Under the pieces are notes generated by a model. The model did no database searches, was not told where the DNA came from, and worked only from the letters and a program-made list of their open reading frames with translations. This document shows positions 20,239 through 30,117 of a DNA stretch of 64,000 nt, one piece after another. How positions within the stretch are numbered: the stretch's first letter is position 1; each line of letters starts with the position of its first letter. Source of the stretch: Cenarchaeum sp. (GTDB taxonomy: Archaea; Thermoproteota; Nitrososphaeria; Nitrososphaerales; Nitrosopumilaceae); assembly GCA_963693095.2 (NCBI GenBank), contig OY843768.1, positions 864,001 through 928,000 on the forward strand, in the 5' to 3' direction. A program made the translations under genes and the position numbers.

Positions 20239-21344
20239 CGCCGCTTTGCCCCACGGACTGCGGCGTTGATCGCCTCCTCGACGGTGTCAAACATCTCTAT
20301 CTGCGAGCCATCAAGCATCTCCTTTGCCTTGTCTGACTCGGCGCCCTTTAGGCGCGCAAATGTCGGCAGCGATATGGTTCCGTCGCCGTACGCCTTTAGG
20401 AACGCAGTGGCCACAGTTGTGGTCCTCACTATGCCACCGTAGAGGTTTACGAGGATTGCGCGCGTGCGGCGCATCTTGCTGATTAGCGTGACTGCCTCAT
20501 AGACTGACTCTACAGTCGCGCCGCCGCCCACGTCAAGAAAGCACGACGGCTTGCCGCCGCTGTCAGAGAGCATGTCAAATGTTGACATGACAAGGCCTGC
20601 GCCATTGCCGACAACTGCAATGTCGCCGTCCATCTCTACAAGCGAGAATCCCCTTGCCGTGGCCCGATCCTCGAGCTCGGAGACCTCCCTGTACTTTTGG
20701 AGCTCGGGGTGCCTAAAGTTGGAGTTGTCATCCGTTATGACCTTGCCGTCAAGGGCCGTCATGGTCTGCCCATCGATTATGGCAAGGGGGTTGATCTCGG
20801 CGAGCTCGGCCTCCTTTTCCATCGCAAGGCGCGAGAGCGACTCGAGCGTCTTGACAAAGGATGCGGCCATGTCGCCCTTTAGGCCGATCTCGTCTGCGAT
20901 AGCAGCGCACGTGGCCGCATCGACGCCGTCGAGGCCGATCTCGCGAATCGTCTGGCCCTTGACTGACTCGATCTCGACGCCGCCCTCTGATGACGCGATG
21001 ACCGTGTATGTTCGCGTGCCCCTGTTGAGCATTAGGGCCAGATACAGCTCGGAGGATATCGTCGCGGCCTTTTCAACTAGTATCGTGCGCGTCTGCTCGC
21101 CCTTTATCGTCATGTTTAGAACCTCGGGGAACTTTATCTCGAGATCATCAGGGCCAGAGCACTTTTGTATTCCGCCGGCCTTGCCCCTGCCGCCCACCGG
21201 CACCTGTGACTTTATGACCACGGGGTAGCCCATCTGGCCGGCAGCCTCTTTGGCCTCCCCAACATCACCGCAGACCTTGCCGTCTAGGAGGCGTATTCCA
21301 TACTCGGCAAAGAGTTCCTTTGCCTGGTACTCTAGGAGACGCAC
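20235..21344 (-). CDS. sucC: Succinyl-CoA synthetase beta subunit
   Basis: LLEYQAKELF, GGRGKAGG, EINPL, GNGAGL, FLDVGGGA. Confidence 0.96.
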   Translation of the reverse strand: MRLLEYQAKELFAEYGIRLLDGKVCGDVGEAKEAAGQMGYPVVIKSQVPVGGRGKAGGIQKCSGPDDLEIKFPEVLNMTIKGEQTRTILVEKAATISSELYLALMLNRGTRTYTVIASSEGGVEIESVKGQTIREIGLDGVDAATCAAIADEIGLKGDMAASFVKTLESLSRLAMEKEAELAEINPLAIIDGQTMTALDGKVITDDNSNFRHPELQKYREVSELEDRATARGFSLVEMDGDIAVVGNGAGLVMSTFDMLSDSGGKPSCFLDVGGGATVESVYEAVTLISKMRRTRAILVNLYGGIVRTTTVATAFLKAYGDGTISLPTFARLKGAESDKAKEMLDGSQIEMFDTVEEAINAAVRGAKRR

Positions 21345-21368
21345 GCGCGCGCCTCGCCTGATGCATCC

Positions 21369-21719
21369 TTATAAGCTGTCGCCACGAAGCTCGGACTCGA
21401 GCATTGCGAGAACCTGCGCAAAACGCTCCCTGCTCGCGCCGATTAGGCGTGCCGGATACTCGTCTAGCGTAAAGACGGACTGGCTGTGGATGCTCGGCGG
21501 GACCGGTCCGCCTGAGATGATGCGCTGCTCTATGACATGGCCGCTAGTGAGCGTGCAGACTATCTCCTCGTATGAGGAGCCGTCCTCCTCGAGAACTAGC
21601 CTGTAGAGCGTTATTGGCGTGCCCGTCTTTTCGACGGCGCGCGAGCCCCGCGAGAGGAGATCGCGCATCTGGCGCGCCTGGTACGAGTCGAGGCTGATCT
21701 GCCTAACCATGGCTCGCAT
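21369..21719 (-). CDS. Conserved hypothetical protein
   Basis: Co-oriented between ileS and sucC with host-like codons. Confidence 0.65.
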   Translation of the reverse strand: MRAMVRQISLDSYQARQMRDLLSRGSRAVEKTGTPITLYRLVLEEDGSSYEEIVCTLTSGHVIEQRIISGGPVPPSIHSQSVFTLDEYPARLIGASRERFAQVLAMLESELRGDSL

Positions 21720-21764
21720 ATGCCGGTTTTTCTATTTAATGGTGATCATTGGACATGCTCTGCG

Positions 21765-24700
21765 CTAGCCCACCGCAATGCGGATGGGCTGCCCGTCAAC
21801 GTCGCCGTCGGCGTACTCGGCGCCCTGCCGCTCAGAGAGCGTGACGCCCCTGACCCTCACAAGAAACGCAAGCTCCTCGAGCCGGCCGGCCACCATGGAC
21901 TCCTGCTCGGGCGCCAGGCCACTGACTGCGGCATACTCGAGAACGTCAGTAGGGTTGTGCCCGCGCTCCTTGCGCAGGGCCTGCAGGCGGCGCGCGAGGT
22001 CCCGCACGAGCCCGCGGCAGACCATCTCGTCGCTCCGGCTCGAGGGCAGGATGGCGGCCAGGCCGTCCCTGTCTGAGATCTCGTTCTCCCCCGTTGCGCG
22101 AACGCCCACGCCAATGTCCCCAGAGTCCAGGACGATCTCGCGATCCCCGACCGTTAGCGCGTACCGGCCGTCGGCCTCGAGCGTGCCGGAGATCTCGGCC
22201 GGATCGGCGCGCGCAATCTCCTCAATCAGGCGCGGCAGGAGATCCCTGGCCTTGGGGCCGGCGGACTTGCGGTCAAGCTCGACGACAGGCTCCACGGGGA
22301 GCCCGAGTGAGGCGAGCTCGCGCACGCGTGCGGCACCAGACGCGCCGGCGTCGGCCTCGAGTATCTCCACGCTCTCGGCGTTGAGCTGCTCGCGCAGTAT
22401 GTCCATGACGCCCTCAAGAAGGCCGCGCTGCGACCTGCCGACAACAAGCGTTATGCGCTCTATTGGCCACCGGCGCTTTAGCCGTGCGCGCGTGCGCGCG
22501 GCAGCGGCAACTGACACAAGGCGCGCCATGAGGTCAAATGACTCCTCGAGGCGCGAGTCGGCCACCCTGTCATCGACTGCGGGCCATGACGATGAGGCCA
22601 GCGCGGAGCCAAAGACTGCAGAGTGGAGGTGCTCTGTCGTGTATGGGCAAAATGGGTGCAGGAGGGCATCGACGGTGCGAAGCGCATGGGCCATCACCAT
22701 GTAGACCGTGCGCCGACGTGCGGCAGCGCCGTCGGACTCGTCCCACAGGTCTGCGCGCGTCATTGGCACGTATGACTGGCTCAGGTCGTTGATCACATAG
22801 TCCTCTATGGCGTGGGCAGCCTCGTGAATCCTGCACGAGTCAATGTCGCGCGTGACCCGGGACACCGTCCCATGGAGGCGCGAGAGTATCCACCGGTCAG
22901 ATGGCGATGTGCAGTCTGGCAGCTTGGCAGACGCGCTGCCAGACACGTCAACGCCGTCATACTCGGCGTTCTGCTCAAGGTATGCGTGCAGGTTGTAGAG
23001 CGTGGCGAGAACCTGGTACGGGCGCGTTCCAAGCTCGCGCTCGTCAAAGTTTACCGACTCGATGGGGCTGGACTTCCACAAAAAGTACAGTCGAACAAGG
23101 TCGACCGGGCGGCGCTCTAGGAGCTCGTGCGCGTCAATCACGTTGCCCTTGCTCTTGCTCATCTTGTTGCCCTCATGGTCAAGGACATGGCCCTGGAACA
23201 GAAATGACGAATAGGGCGCCGACGGGGCGCCAGCCAGTATGACGCCCTCGACGAGCAGCGTGTATGCCCACCCGCGCGTCTGGTCAATGCCCTCGGTCAG
23301 AAAGGGCACGGGGACGAGGCGCGCGTGGGACGCGTCATCCAGTGACGAATAGGGCGCCGAGCCGCTGTTGTGCCACGTGTCAAGGACGTACTTTTCGCGG
23401 CTCGTCTCCTTGCCCCCGCATGAGGAGCAGCGGATCGTGATCCGGTCGATCCACGGCATGTGGAGCTCAAAGTCCTCCCCGTCGGGAAGCGACTCGGCCG
23501 CATCGAGGATCTCGCGGCGCGAGTGGAGCCACGTCTTTGCGCCGCACGAGGAGCATCCCCACACGGGCAGGGGCGTGCCCCAGTAGCGCTCACGCGAGAT
23601 GCACCACGGATGGCGCTCGGAGACTATGCCCAAAAAGCGGTTGCGCGTCTGCTCGTAATAGTACTCTACGGCAGTGGCCGCATCAACTGTCATGCTGCCG
23701 AGTCTGTCCAGCATGTAAAACCACCCGCGCCTCGCAAGCCACACCAGCGCGTCACCGGAGCGCCAGCAGTGCGGGTACTGGTGCTTGATCTTGCGCGCGC
23801 GCACCAGCGCCCCCCTCTCGCGCAGCGAGGCGACTATCGCATCATCTGCATCGCGCACAAACATGCCCGCATACTTGCCCGCATCGCCAGTAAAGCGCAC
23901 CGCGTCATCGATTGGGCAAAAGACGGGAACCTTGCGCCTCTGCGCAACGCGCATGTCCTCCTCGCCGTTTGCCGGAGATATGTGGACGAGGCCGCTCCCC
24001 GTGGCCGTGTCAACAAAGGGCTCGGCCACGACTGTGTGGTATGGCGCATTGCCGGCAAGTCCCGCAAGGCCGGGAATCTCGTCCAGGAGAGGGTGGAGAT
24101 ACCTTTTGCCCTCCAGGGCAGAGCCCCGGACAGTCGACATGACGCTATACTCCTCGAGGCGCGCCTCTTTTGCAAACTCGGCGAGGCGCGTCTGGCCGAC
24201 GATCCACGTCTCATCACCTGCCTTTATGCGGCAGTACTCCTCCTCAGGATGGACCGCGACTAGCGCGTCGGTGACGAGCGTAAAGGGCATGGTGGTCCAC
24301 ACGACAAGGCTGGCGTCCTCGCCGTCGAGGCGAACCTTGTAGTAGAGCGATGGATCGGTTGCCTCCTTGTACCCCTGCGCGACTTCGGCATGGCTGAGCG
24401 ACGTCTGGCATCCTGGGCAGTACGCGATAACCGCATAGTCATCACGCAGCACGCCGAGTTCGCGCGCGCGCCGCAGAACCTGCCATTCACGCTCAATGTA
24501 CGCATCAGTGTACGTCCAGTACGCAGAGTCGTCGTCAGCAGACATGCCAAGTAGCCTGTCGACTGTGACCCAGCGGTCATGGTACTCGCGCACTATTCTC
24601 TTGCACTCGGCGACGAGGCCCTCTATGCCATGCTCCTCTATCCTTGACTTTGAGCCCTCTATTCCGAGCTCCTTTTGCGCCTGCAGCTCGACTGGGAGGC

Positions 24701-24950
24701 CCTGCGCGTCCCATCCGGCCGCGTATGTCACATTGTATCCGCGGAGCGTCTTGTAGCGGTACCACATGTCCTTGATGACACGGCCCCTGACGTGGCCTGC
24801 GTGCGGAACGCCGTTCATTGTTGGCGGGCCCTCGATGATCGCAATCTCGGGCGCACCGTCTTGCCCACTTGGTGACTTGCGTGCTGCCTCTAGGCGCGGG
24901 CGCGCATCGCGCTCGATTTGCTTGAGGTCCATCTTGCCTTCAAGACCCAT
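21765..24950 (-). CDS. ileS: Isoleucyl-tRNA synthetase
   Basis: EGPPTMNG.PHAGH, GWDAQGLPVE, WTTMPFTL, WCISRERYWG, EGIDQTRGW, KMSKS. Confidence 0.97.
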   Translation of the reverse strand: MGLEGKMDLKQIERDARPRLEAARKSPSGQDGAPEIAIIEGPPTMNGVPHAGHVRGRVIKDMWYRYKTLRGYNVTYAAGWDAQGLPVELQAQKELGIEGSKSRIEEHGIEGLVAECKRIVREYHDRWVTVDRLLGMSADDDSAYWTYTDAYIEREWQVLRRARELGVLRDDYAVIAYCPGCQTSLSHAEVAQGYKEATDPSLYYKVRLDGEDASLVVWTTMPFTLVTDALVAVHPEEEYCRIKAGDETWIVGQTRLAEFAKEARLEEYSVMSTVRGSALEGKRYLHPLLDEIPGLAGLAGNAPYHTVVAEPFVDTATGSGLVHISPANGEEDMRVAQRRKVPVFCPIDDAVRFTGDAGKYAGMFVRDADDAIVASLRERGALVRARKIKHQYPHCWRSGDALVWLARRGWFYMLDRLGSMTVDAATAVEYYYEQTRNRFLGIVSERHPWCISRERYWGTPLPVWGCSSCGAKTWLHSRREILDAAESLPDGEDFELHMPWIDRITIRCSSCGGKETSREKYVLDTWHNSGSAPYSSLDDASHARLVPVPFLTEGIDQTRGWAYTLLVEGVILAGAPSAPYSSFLFQGHVLDHEGNKMSKSKGNVIDAHELLERRPVDLVRLYFLWKSSPIESVNFDERELGTRPYQVLATLYNLHAYLEQNAEYDGVDVSGSASAKLPDCTSPSDRWILSRLHGTVSRVTRDIDSCRIHEAAHAIEDYVINDLSQSYVPMTRADLWDESDGAAARRRTVYMVMAHALRTVDALLHPFCPYTTEHLHSAVFGSALASSSWPAVDDRVADSRLEESFDLMARLVSVAAAARTRARLKRRWPIERITLVVGRSQRGLLEGVMDILREQLNAESVEILEADAGASGAARVRELASLGLPVEPVVELDRKSAGPKARDLLPRLIEEIARADPAEISGTLEADGRYALTVGDREIVLDSGDIGVGVRATGENEISDRDGLAAILPSSRSDEMVCRGLVRDLARRLQALRKERGHNPTDVLEYAAVSGLAPEQESMVAGRLEELAFLVRVRGVTLSERQGAEYADGDVDGQPIRIAVG

Positions 24951-25046
24951 GGGGCAGCGCAGTGCGGGCGCTCGTTATAAAGTTAGACGGGTCTTACGCA
25001 CATGATCCAAATGGTTCAATTAGCGGCAGTCATTTTGGCATGCCGC

Positions 25047-25601
25047 ATGAGCGGGCACGGCAGCGTTGGGGAGATTCGCCAGAGCGTCATTGGGTGTACC
25101 AAGTGCCCCTTGTGCTCGACGCGCACAAACGCCGTGCCCGGAAAGGGAGACGAGCACGCCAGAATAATCCTTGTGGGCGAGGCGCCGGGGCGACGCGAGG
25201 ACGAGCGCGGCGAGCCGTTTGTCGGAGCCGCAGGCCACATACTCGATAACGCGCTCGCCGGTGCCGGCCTCTCGCGCGAGTCAGTATACATCACAAACAC
25301 GGTAAAGTGCAGGCCGCCAGACAACAGGGTTCCAACTGACGCCGAGCGCGCCGCGTGTGCAGGATACCTTGCCGCCGAGATATCGCTCATATCGCCAAAA
25401 ATAGTCTGCATAATGGGCAACACCGCGTACAAGAGCATACTTGGGGGCAGCAGCATCACGCGTGAGCGCGGCAAGACCATACACAGGGACGGCATTGACT
25501 ATTTTCTCACGGTCCATCCGGCCGCTGTCATTTACAACCGCAGCCTCGAGGGCGCGCTAGGCGACGACATGAAGGCCCTAGCGAGGATTGCCGGAGGGTA
25601 G
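25047..25601 (+). CDS. udg: Uracil-DNA glycosylase family 4 (Fe-S)
   Basis: CTKCPL, GEAPG, PFVGAAG, TNTVKCRPP, HPAA. Confidence 0.95.
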   Translation: MSGHGSVGEIRQSVIGCTKCPLCSTRTNAVPGKGDEHARIILVGEAPGRREDERGEPFVGAAGHILDNALAGAGLSRESVYITNTVKCRPPDNRVPTDAERAACAGYLAAEISLISPKIVCIMGNTAYKSILGGSSITRERGKTIHRDGIDYFLTVHPAAVIYNRSLEGALGDDMKALARIAGG

Positions 25602-25602
25602 C

Positions 25603-26166
25603 ATGAGGCCGCTGCCACGGAAGTTCTATGCCAGGGACACCGTCACCGTCGCGCGCGACCTTTTGGGCCGCACGCTAGTGCGCCGCGCGGCAGGGGGGAG
25701 GGCGACGATGGCCGGAACAATAGTCGAGACTGAAGCGTACAGGGCGTCTGACGATCCCGCAAGCCATGCGAGACGCGGCATGACGCAGAGGAACAGGGCA
25801 ATGTTCGGCGAGGTCGGGCGCGCGTACGTCTACTTTACCTATGGCATGCATTATTGCCTCAACGCCGTAGCGCGCAGCAGCAGGCATGACGCCGGCGCTG
25901 TCCTAATTCGCGCGATCAGGCCGACTATGGGAGAGTGCATCATGGAAAAAAACCGCCATGGATGCGCCGCGCGCATAATAGCCGACGGGCCGGCAAAGCT
26001 CACGCAGGCCATGGGCATAACTACTGGCCTGTACGGGACAGACCTGACTAGGCGCGGAGACCTGTATGTTGCCGGTGACGTGGCATCTCGCAGGCGCATT
26101 GCCACAGGCGCGCGCATTGGTATACGAAATGGGCTAGACATGATGTGGAACTTTAGGCTAGCCTGA
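25603..26166 (+). CDS. mpg: 3-methyladenine DNA glycosylase (MPG/AAG)
   Basis: IVETEAY, DPASH, YVYFTYGMH, AVLIRA, GPAKL, RIGI. Confidence 0.95.
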   Translation: MRPLPRKFYARDTVTVARDLLGRTLVRRAAGGRATMAGTIVETEAYRASDDPASHARRGMTQRNRAMFGEVGRAYVYFTYGMHYCLNAVARSSRHDAGAVLIRAIRPTMGECIMEKNRHGCAARIIADGPAKLTQAMGITTGLYGTDLTRRGDLYVAGDVASRRRIATGARIGIRNGLDMMWNFRLA

Positions 26167-26808
26167 GCGCGCATTGCCATTATCGTCTTCATCGAGCGTC
26201 CAGGGCGCCACGCGTCCTAGCACACGCGACCAGTCGAGTCGCAAGAGCGCGATCACGATGACCGTAACGGCAGCCCCGAACACGATTATGCCAATCAGCA
26301 CATACAGGACATTGCCGTCAACCTGCGACATGGCAGACTCTACTAGCGAGGCACCAAGATAGTGCGCGAGGAGAACTGTCGCATAGTTGAGGACGAGCTT
26401 GCCTGACAGCGTGTATATCAGAAAACGCACGGGGTTGTACCTTGCTATGCCAAGCGGGATGTAGACGAGGTCATCAGGTATCGGCGTGGCTGCTGCAACA
26501 AATGTCGCAATGCCGCCGTACCGCTTTACAAGGCGCTCAAATGGCCGTATTCGCGCCCGCGTCTTTGGGGCAATCATGCGCCTCCCCCCATAGCTGACCG
26601 AGAATATTATCTGCTTTGCCGCAGTTGCAGTCAGCGCAGATATCAGCGCCAGAGCATGCAGGTTGAACGTGTCTCCCACTGACATTGTCACAAGGAATAT
26701 GAACGAGGGCACGGGCACAAACGGTATGAGTGAGCCCACAAAGCTGACCAGTCCAAGTCCAAAATAGCTCAGCTCGGAGGACAGACCGAGCAGCGTGAAC
26801 AGATCCAC
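26158..26808 (-). CDS. VTT/DedA-like membrane protein
   Basis: IPFVPVP, FVAAATPIPDD, multiple TM segments. Confidence 0.8.
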   Translation of the reverse strand: MDLFTLLGLSSELSYFGLGLVSFVGSLIPFVPVPSFIFLVTMSVGDTFNLHALALISALTATAAKQIIFSVSYGGRRMIAPKTRARIRPFERLVKRYGGIATFVAAATPIPDDLVYIPLGIARYNPVRFLIYTLSGKLVLNYATVLLAHYLGASLVESAMSQVDGNVLYVLIGIIVFGAAVTVIVIALLRLDWSRVLGRVAPWTLDEDDNGNARSG

Positions 26809-27167
26809 CGGCAGGCCGCGTCGGCGGCAATTATTTAACTGTGAAGCGCCCATCAGCGGTCAAGGCGCATTCCAACGCACGTCAGGCATCGCTGTCCACA
26901 TAACTGCCGGAAATGCCGCATTGCAGGGCATCACCCGGCCACCATTGAGAGGTTCCACGGACCCTGCATGATGCCGTGTCAAAGGTCAAGCGCCAGATAT
27001 CGCCCATGACACACAGCGTCAGGATCCCAGCCTATATTTCAAAAATAATTCTGTTTTTCTAAAAAACACGTAAAATAATCAATTTATCCAAAAGTCAGCC
27101 GATTTGAAACAGATCATATATAAGGAAAATAAAATAGGTATATATATTAAATATGCAGTAGCGGGGC

Positions 27168-29021
27168 ATGGAACTCGTGAGCGTAGACGCAACGCCTGAC
27201 AAGAGCCTGATAATGAAACTCGGCCAAGTCGGCTACAAGGCAGAGCAGGCCATCGCCGAACTGGTGGACAATGCAATTGATGCCAGGATCGACGGCAAGA
27301 CCGAGAGCATTGAGATCGGACTGGACCGCTCCAGCGAGATTGCCATTCGCGACGACGGGAAAGGCATGGATCTAGAGAGGCTGAGGCGTGCATGGACCCT
27401 GGGAGGCGCATCCAAAAAGGGCAAGATTGGGATGTTTGGCGTGGGGTTAAAGAGCGCGTCATCATCACTAGGCAGGCACATAGACATAAGCACCACAGTC
27501 GAGGGATCTGGATACGAGCTGACTCTGACATATGATGAAGAAGAGTGGTTGAAGGACAAAAATGCCAAATGGAACAATGTCAAGGTAAGGCGCCACAGGG
27601 CTGAAAAGGGCACACATGGCACAAATATACGCATATCACAGCTCCGATCGTCATCATTTCCGCAACCAGCCAAGCTGCGCGAAGAGTTTGGCATACGGTA
27701 TGGGCCGTATCTCAATGAGGGAATTAGAATATCGATAAATGGCAAACAATGCGCGGCAAAAGAACCCACTATTGCTGACGGAACAAGAAAAAAGGTTGCC
27801 ATGACCACATTAGACGGAATAAGCATAACAGGGTGGATCGCATTGCTAAAAAAACGATCCATAAAGGGCAATTATGGAATACACATATACACCAACGGGA
27901 GACTGATAAAACCATACGCAAAGTTTGGCATACCTAGGCATCCCAGCGCAGCTCGCGTCATAGGAAGCGTCACACTTGATAATGTTCCAGTGAATGTGTT
28001 CAAGACGGGTTTTCTCACAGAGTCACAAGAATACAAAGCAGCAGCGAATAGATTCAAAAACGACAACAATGTAAAAGAGACGATGCGTATGGCTGCCAGG
28101 AATAATCAGAAGGATCACGATATTGCGTCTGTCCTAAACCCACAAGAAAATCAGCGCCAACCACGCCTTTTGCGGCTAGGCGAGACAAAATCAGAAAGGC
28201 TTTTGCAAAACATGGGCACCAATCTCATAGAGTACGATTTTGGGCCTGGCCTAAGATTGGAAGACGGCGGCTCAGGCCTGTACCGCTTAGAAAAACATGG
28301 TGAACAGCTAGAAATTGTGGTGAATCGTCAAAGCAAGGTCTTTCAGGCGTTTAAAAATCCACTGCATCTGCTAGTTATGATACAGGCAGAGGTGGAGACG
28401 TTTTTTCACGATCCAGACATGGGCGACTTTATTGAGGCTCGAAATATCAAGTGGGAAAATCGGATAGACAAGCTTGCCAACGGTGCTCCTCGAGGCAGGT
28501 TACAGAACATAGATCTGTTGAGTGCTGAACTGAGACATGTCTGTAAATATATGTTAGAACACGGCGCACACAGATTTCAGTTTACTGCATTGTCCACATT
28601 AACCGAATTTTTGAATCAGGCATACAGAAGGCACGTATACACTGTATACACCACGAGAGGGGACAGTCAGGGATTAGAAAGCATGATATCAAAACATGGC
28701 GAGTGTTTTCCGTTGACAGAGCCAACATATCCACAATTGTCTACTGCGATGGATGCAATGGGAGATAAAAGCATCATAATAATACGCGAATATGCCAACA
28801 TTCCAAATTCAATAGTTGCGTCTCTAGAAAAATCATGGGTCGATCTGTTTTTTGAGACAACAAAAAAAGGCATACAGTTCTATAAAAAAGAGCTCGAGAT
28901 GGTCGAGGCGTTACTAAATTCGGAAATGGCGACCAAAGAGCGCATAATGTCGTGGGCAAAACGGCGCAAGATTGAAACTGTAATTGGCGAATACCTGGAG
29001 GTGCAGCACTGTGAAAGTTGA
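27168..29021 (+). CDS. MORC/GHKL-family ATPase fused to an AbiEi-like antitoxin C-terminal domain
   Basis: Bergerat motifs AIAELVDNAIDA, IRDDGKGM, GKIGMFGVGLKSA and GTNIRI; S5-like GIHIYTNGRLI; C-terminal FTALSTL...NQ...VYT and IVASLEKSWVDL resemble the AbiEi C-domain. Confidence 0.8.
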   Translation: MELVSVDATPDKSLIMKLGQVGYKAEQAIAELVDNAIDARIDGKTESIEIGLDRSSEIAIRDDGKGMDLERLRRAWTLGGASKKGKIGMFGVGLKSASSSLGRHIDISTTVEGSGYELTLTYDEEEWLKDKNAKWNNVKVRRHRAEKGTHGTNIRISQLRSSSFPQPAKLREEFGIRYGPYLNEGIRISINGKQCAAKEPTIADGTRKKVAMTTLDGISITGWIALLKKRSIKGNYGIHIYTNGRLIKPYAKFGIPRHPSAARVIGSVTLDNVPVNVFKTGFLTESQEYKAAANRFKNDNNVKETMRMAARNNQKDHDIASVLNPQENQRQPRLLRLGETKSERLLQNMGTNLIEYDFGPGLRLEDGGSGLYRLEKHGEQLEIVVNRQSKVFQAFKNPLHLLVMIQAEVETFFHDPDMGDFIEARNIKWENRIDKLANGAPRGRLQNIDLLSAELRHVCKYMLEHGAHRFQFTALSTLTEFLNQAYRRHVYTVYTTRGDSQGLESMISKHGECFPLTEPTYPQLSTAMDAMGDKSIIIIREYANIPNSIVASLEKSWVDLFFETTKKGIQFYKKELEMVEALLNSEMATKERIMSWAKRRKIETVIGEYLEVQHCES

Positions 29022-30117
29022 CAAGTACGATGCATCAACAATCAACAACATTTCCAAGAAGTATGGATTTACGTCCAAATTCAATATTGAAAAATTCATA
29101 ATGGATTTTTCTATACACAAGCTAATATCAGAAAAAATGGAATGTTGCATACGTGGAGGACTATGTAGTCCGTTTTATGTAAAGACACCCGAATCATGGA
29201 GATTAAGCGTGGATATTGACTTATTCATGAAATTATCACATGAAGAAATAACAAAAATGGTTCCTGAAATTTTAATCCAAGCAGGGTTGAGGTGCAAACT
29301 ACGAAAACCCATAAGAATAAGCAATTTGGTGCAGTTTGACGTGTGGTATAAATCAGCATTACTAAAATTTGATGAAAAACGACGGGTGAAAATAGACATA
29401 CAGTACAGCACAGATGTTGATGCATTTGCCCAAATGCTAGATAAAGGACAAAAACCATTCATTGTGGGCATTGATTACGCCATAAAGGCACTCAGACCAG
29501 GTTGCTTAATTGGAGACAAAATACCAGCATTGGCAATAGGCAATATGGGATATACAGACATATCAAAAGCTCCAAAGCAGATACATGACATTGGTTATTT
29601 GCTAGACAGTGTCGGAATAGATGATATTCATGATATATTGTCATCATTTCCAACAATTACACAAGAGAAAATAACACACGATAAATCAGGAACCACGGTC
29701 AATGATGCGATCAACGCAATTATCAAGTTTTTGCAGAATTTGCTAATGCCGAATGATGAATTATTAGTGAGTAAATCATATTTAAATGATTTTGAAAGAT
29801 TTAAGGGCGAATACCTATCAGAAAACCAGACATATGATATAAATGTCATCAAATCAAATATTCTAAAGACGCTTCTGTGTGCGCTATACATCAAAGCAGC
29901 AACAGAATCGCGCATGAGCAAACAACAAGCATCCACACTGATGAGTGAATCACTAGTCGAGTACAACAGGCTATCCGATAGCAAATATTCGACAGATGTG
30001 GAAATCATACAAGAAACACACAGTAAAAATTTATACAACGTTAAAAAAGAGACTCTTCAAAATTTGCATCTTGTAAAAAGTGTAAACACAGTATGGAATG
30101 TAATAAACCAAGACTAA
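29011..30117 (+). CDS. AbiEii/AbiGii-family nucleotidyltransferase toxin
   Basis: IEK, IRGG, RLSVDIDL, VKIDI, LIGDKIPAL, KQIHDIGYL; GTG start overlaps the upstream stop by 11 nt. Confidence 0.85.
   Translation: MKVDKYDASTINNISKKYGFTSKFNIEKFIMDFSIHKLISEKMECCIRGGLCSPFYVKTPESWRLSVDIDLFMKLSHEEITKMVPEILIQAGLRCKLRKPIRISNLVQFDVWYKSALLKFDEKRRVKIDIQYSTDVDAFAQMLDKGQKPFIVGIDYAIKALRPGCLIGDKIPALAIGNMGYTDISKAPKQIHDIGYLLDSVGIDDIHDILSSFPTITQEKITHDKSGTTVNDAINAIIKFLQNLLMPNDELLVSKSYLNDFERFKGEYLSENQTYDINVIKSNILKTLLCALYIKAATESRMSKQQASTLMSESLVEYNRLSDSKYSTDVEIIQETHSKNLYNVKKETLQNLHLVKSVNTVWNVINQD

Noticed and set aside
27168-29021. Interpretation as MutL, Hsp90, topoisomerase VI-B or a sensor histidine kinase
   Set aside because: It lacks the MutL GFRGEAL signature, a HisKA domain or a topo VI-A partner; GxFGxGLK and the island context fit MORC-like defence ATPases better.
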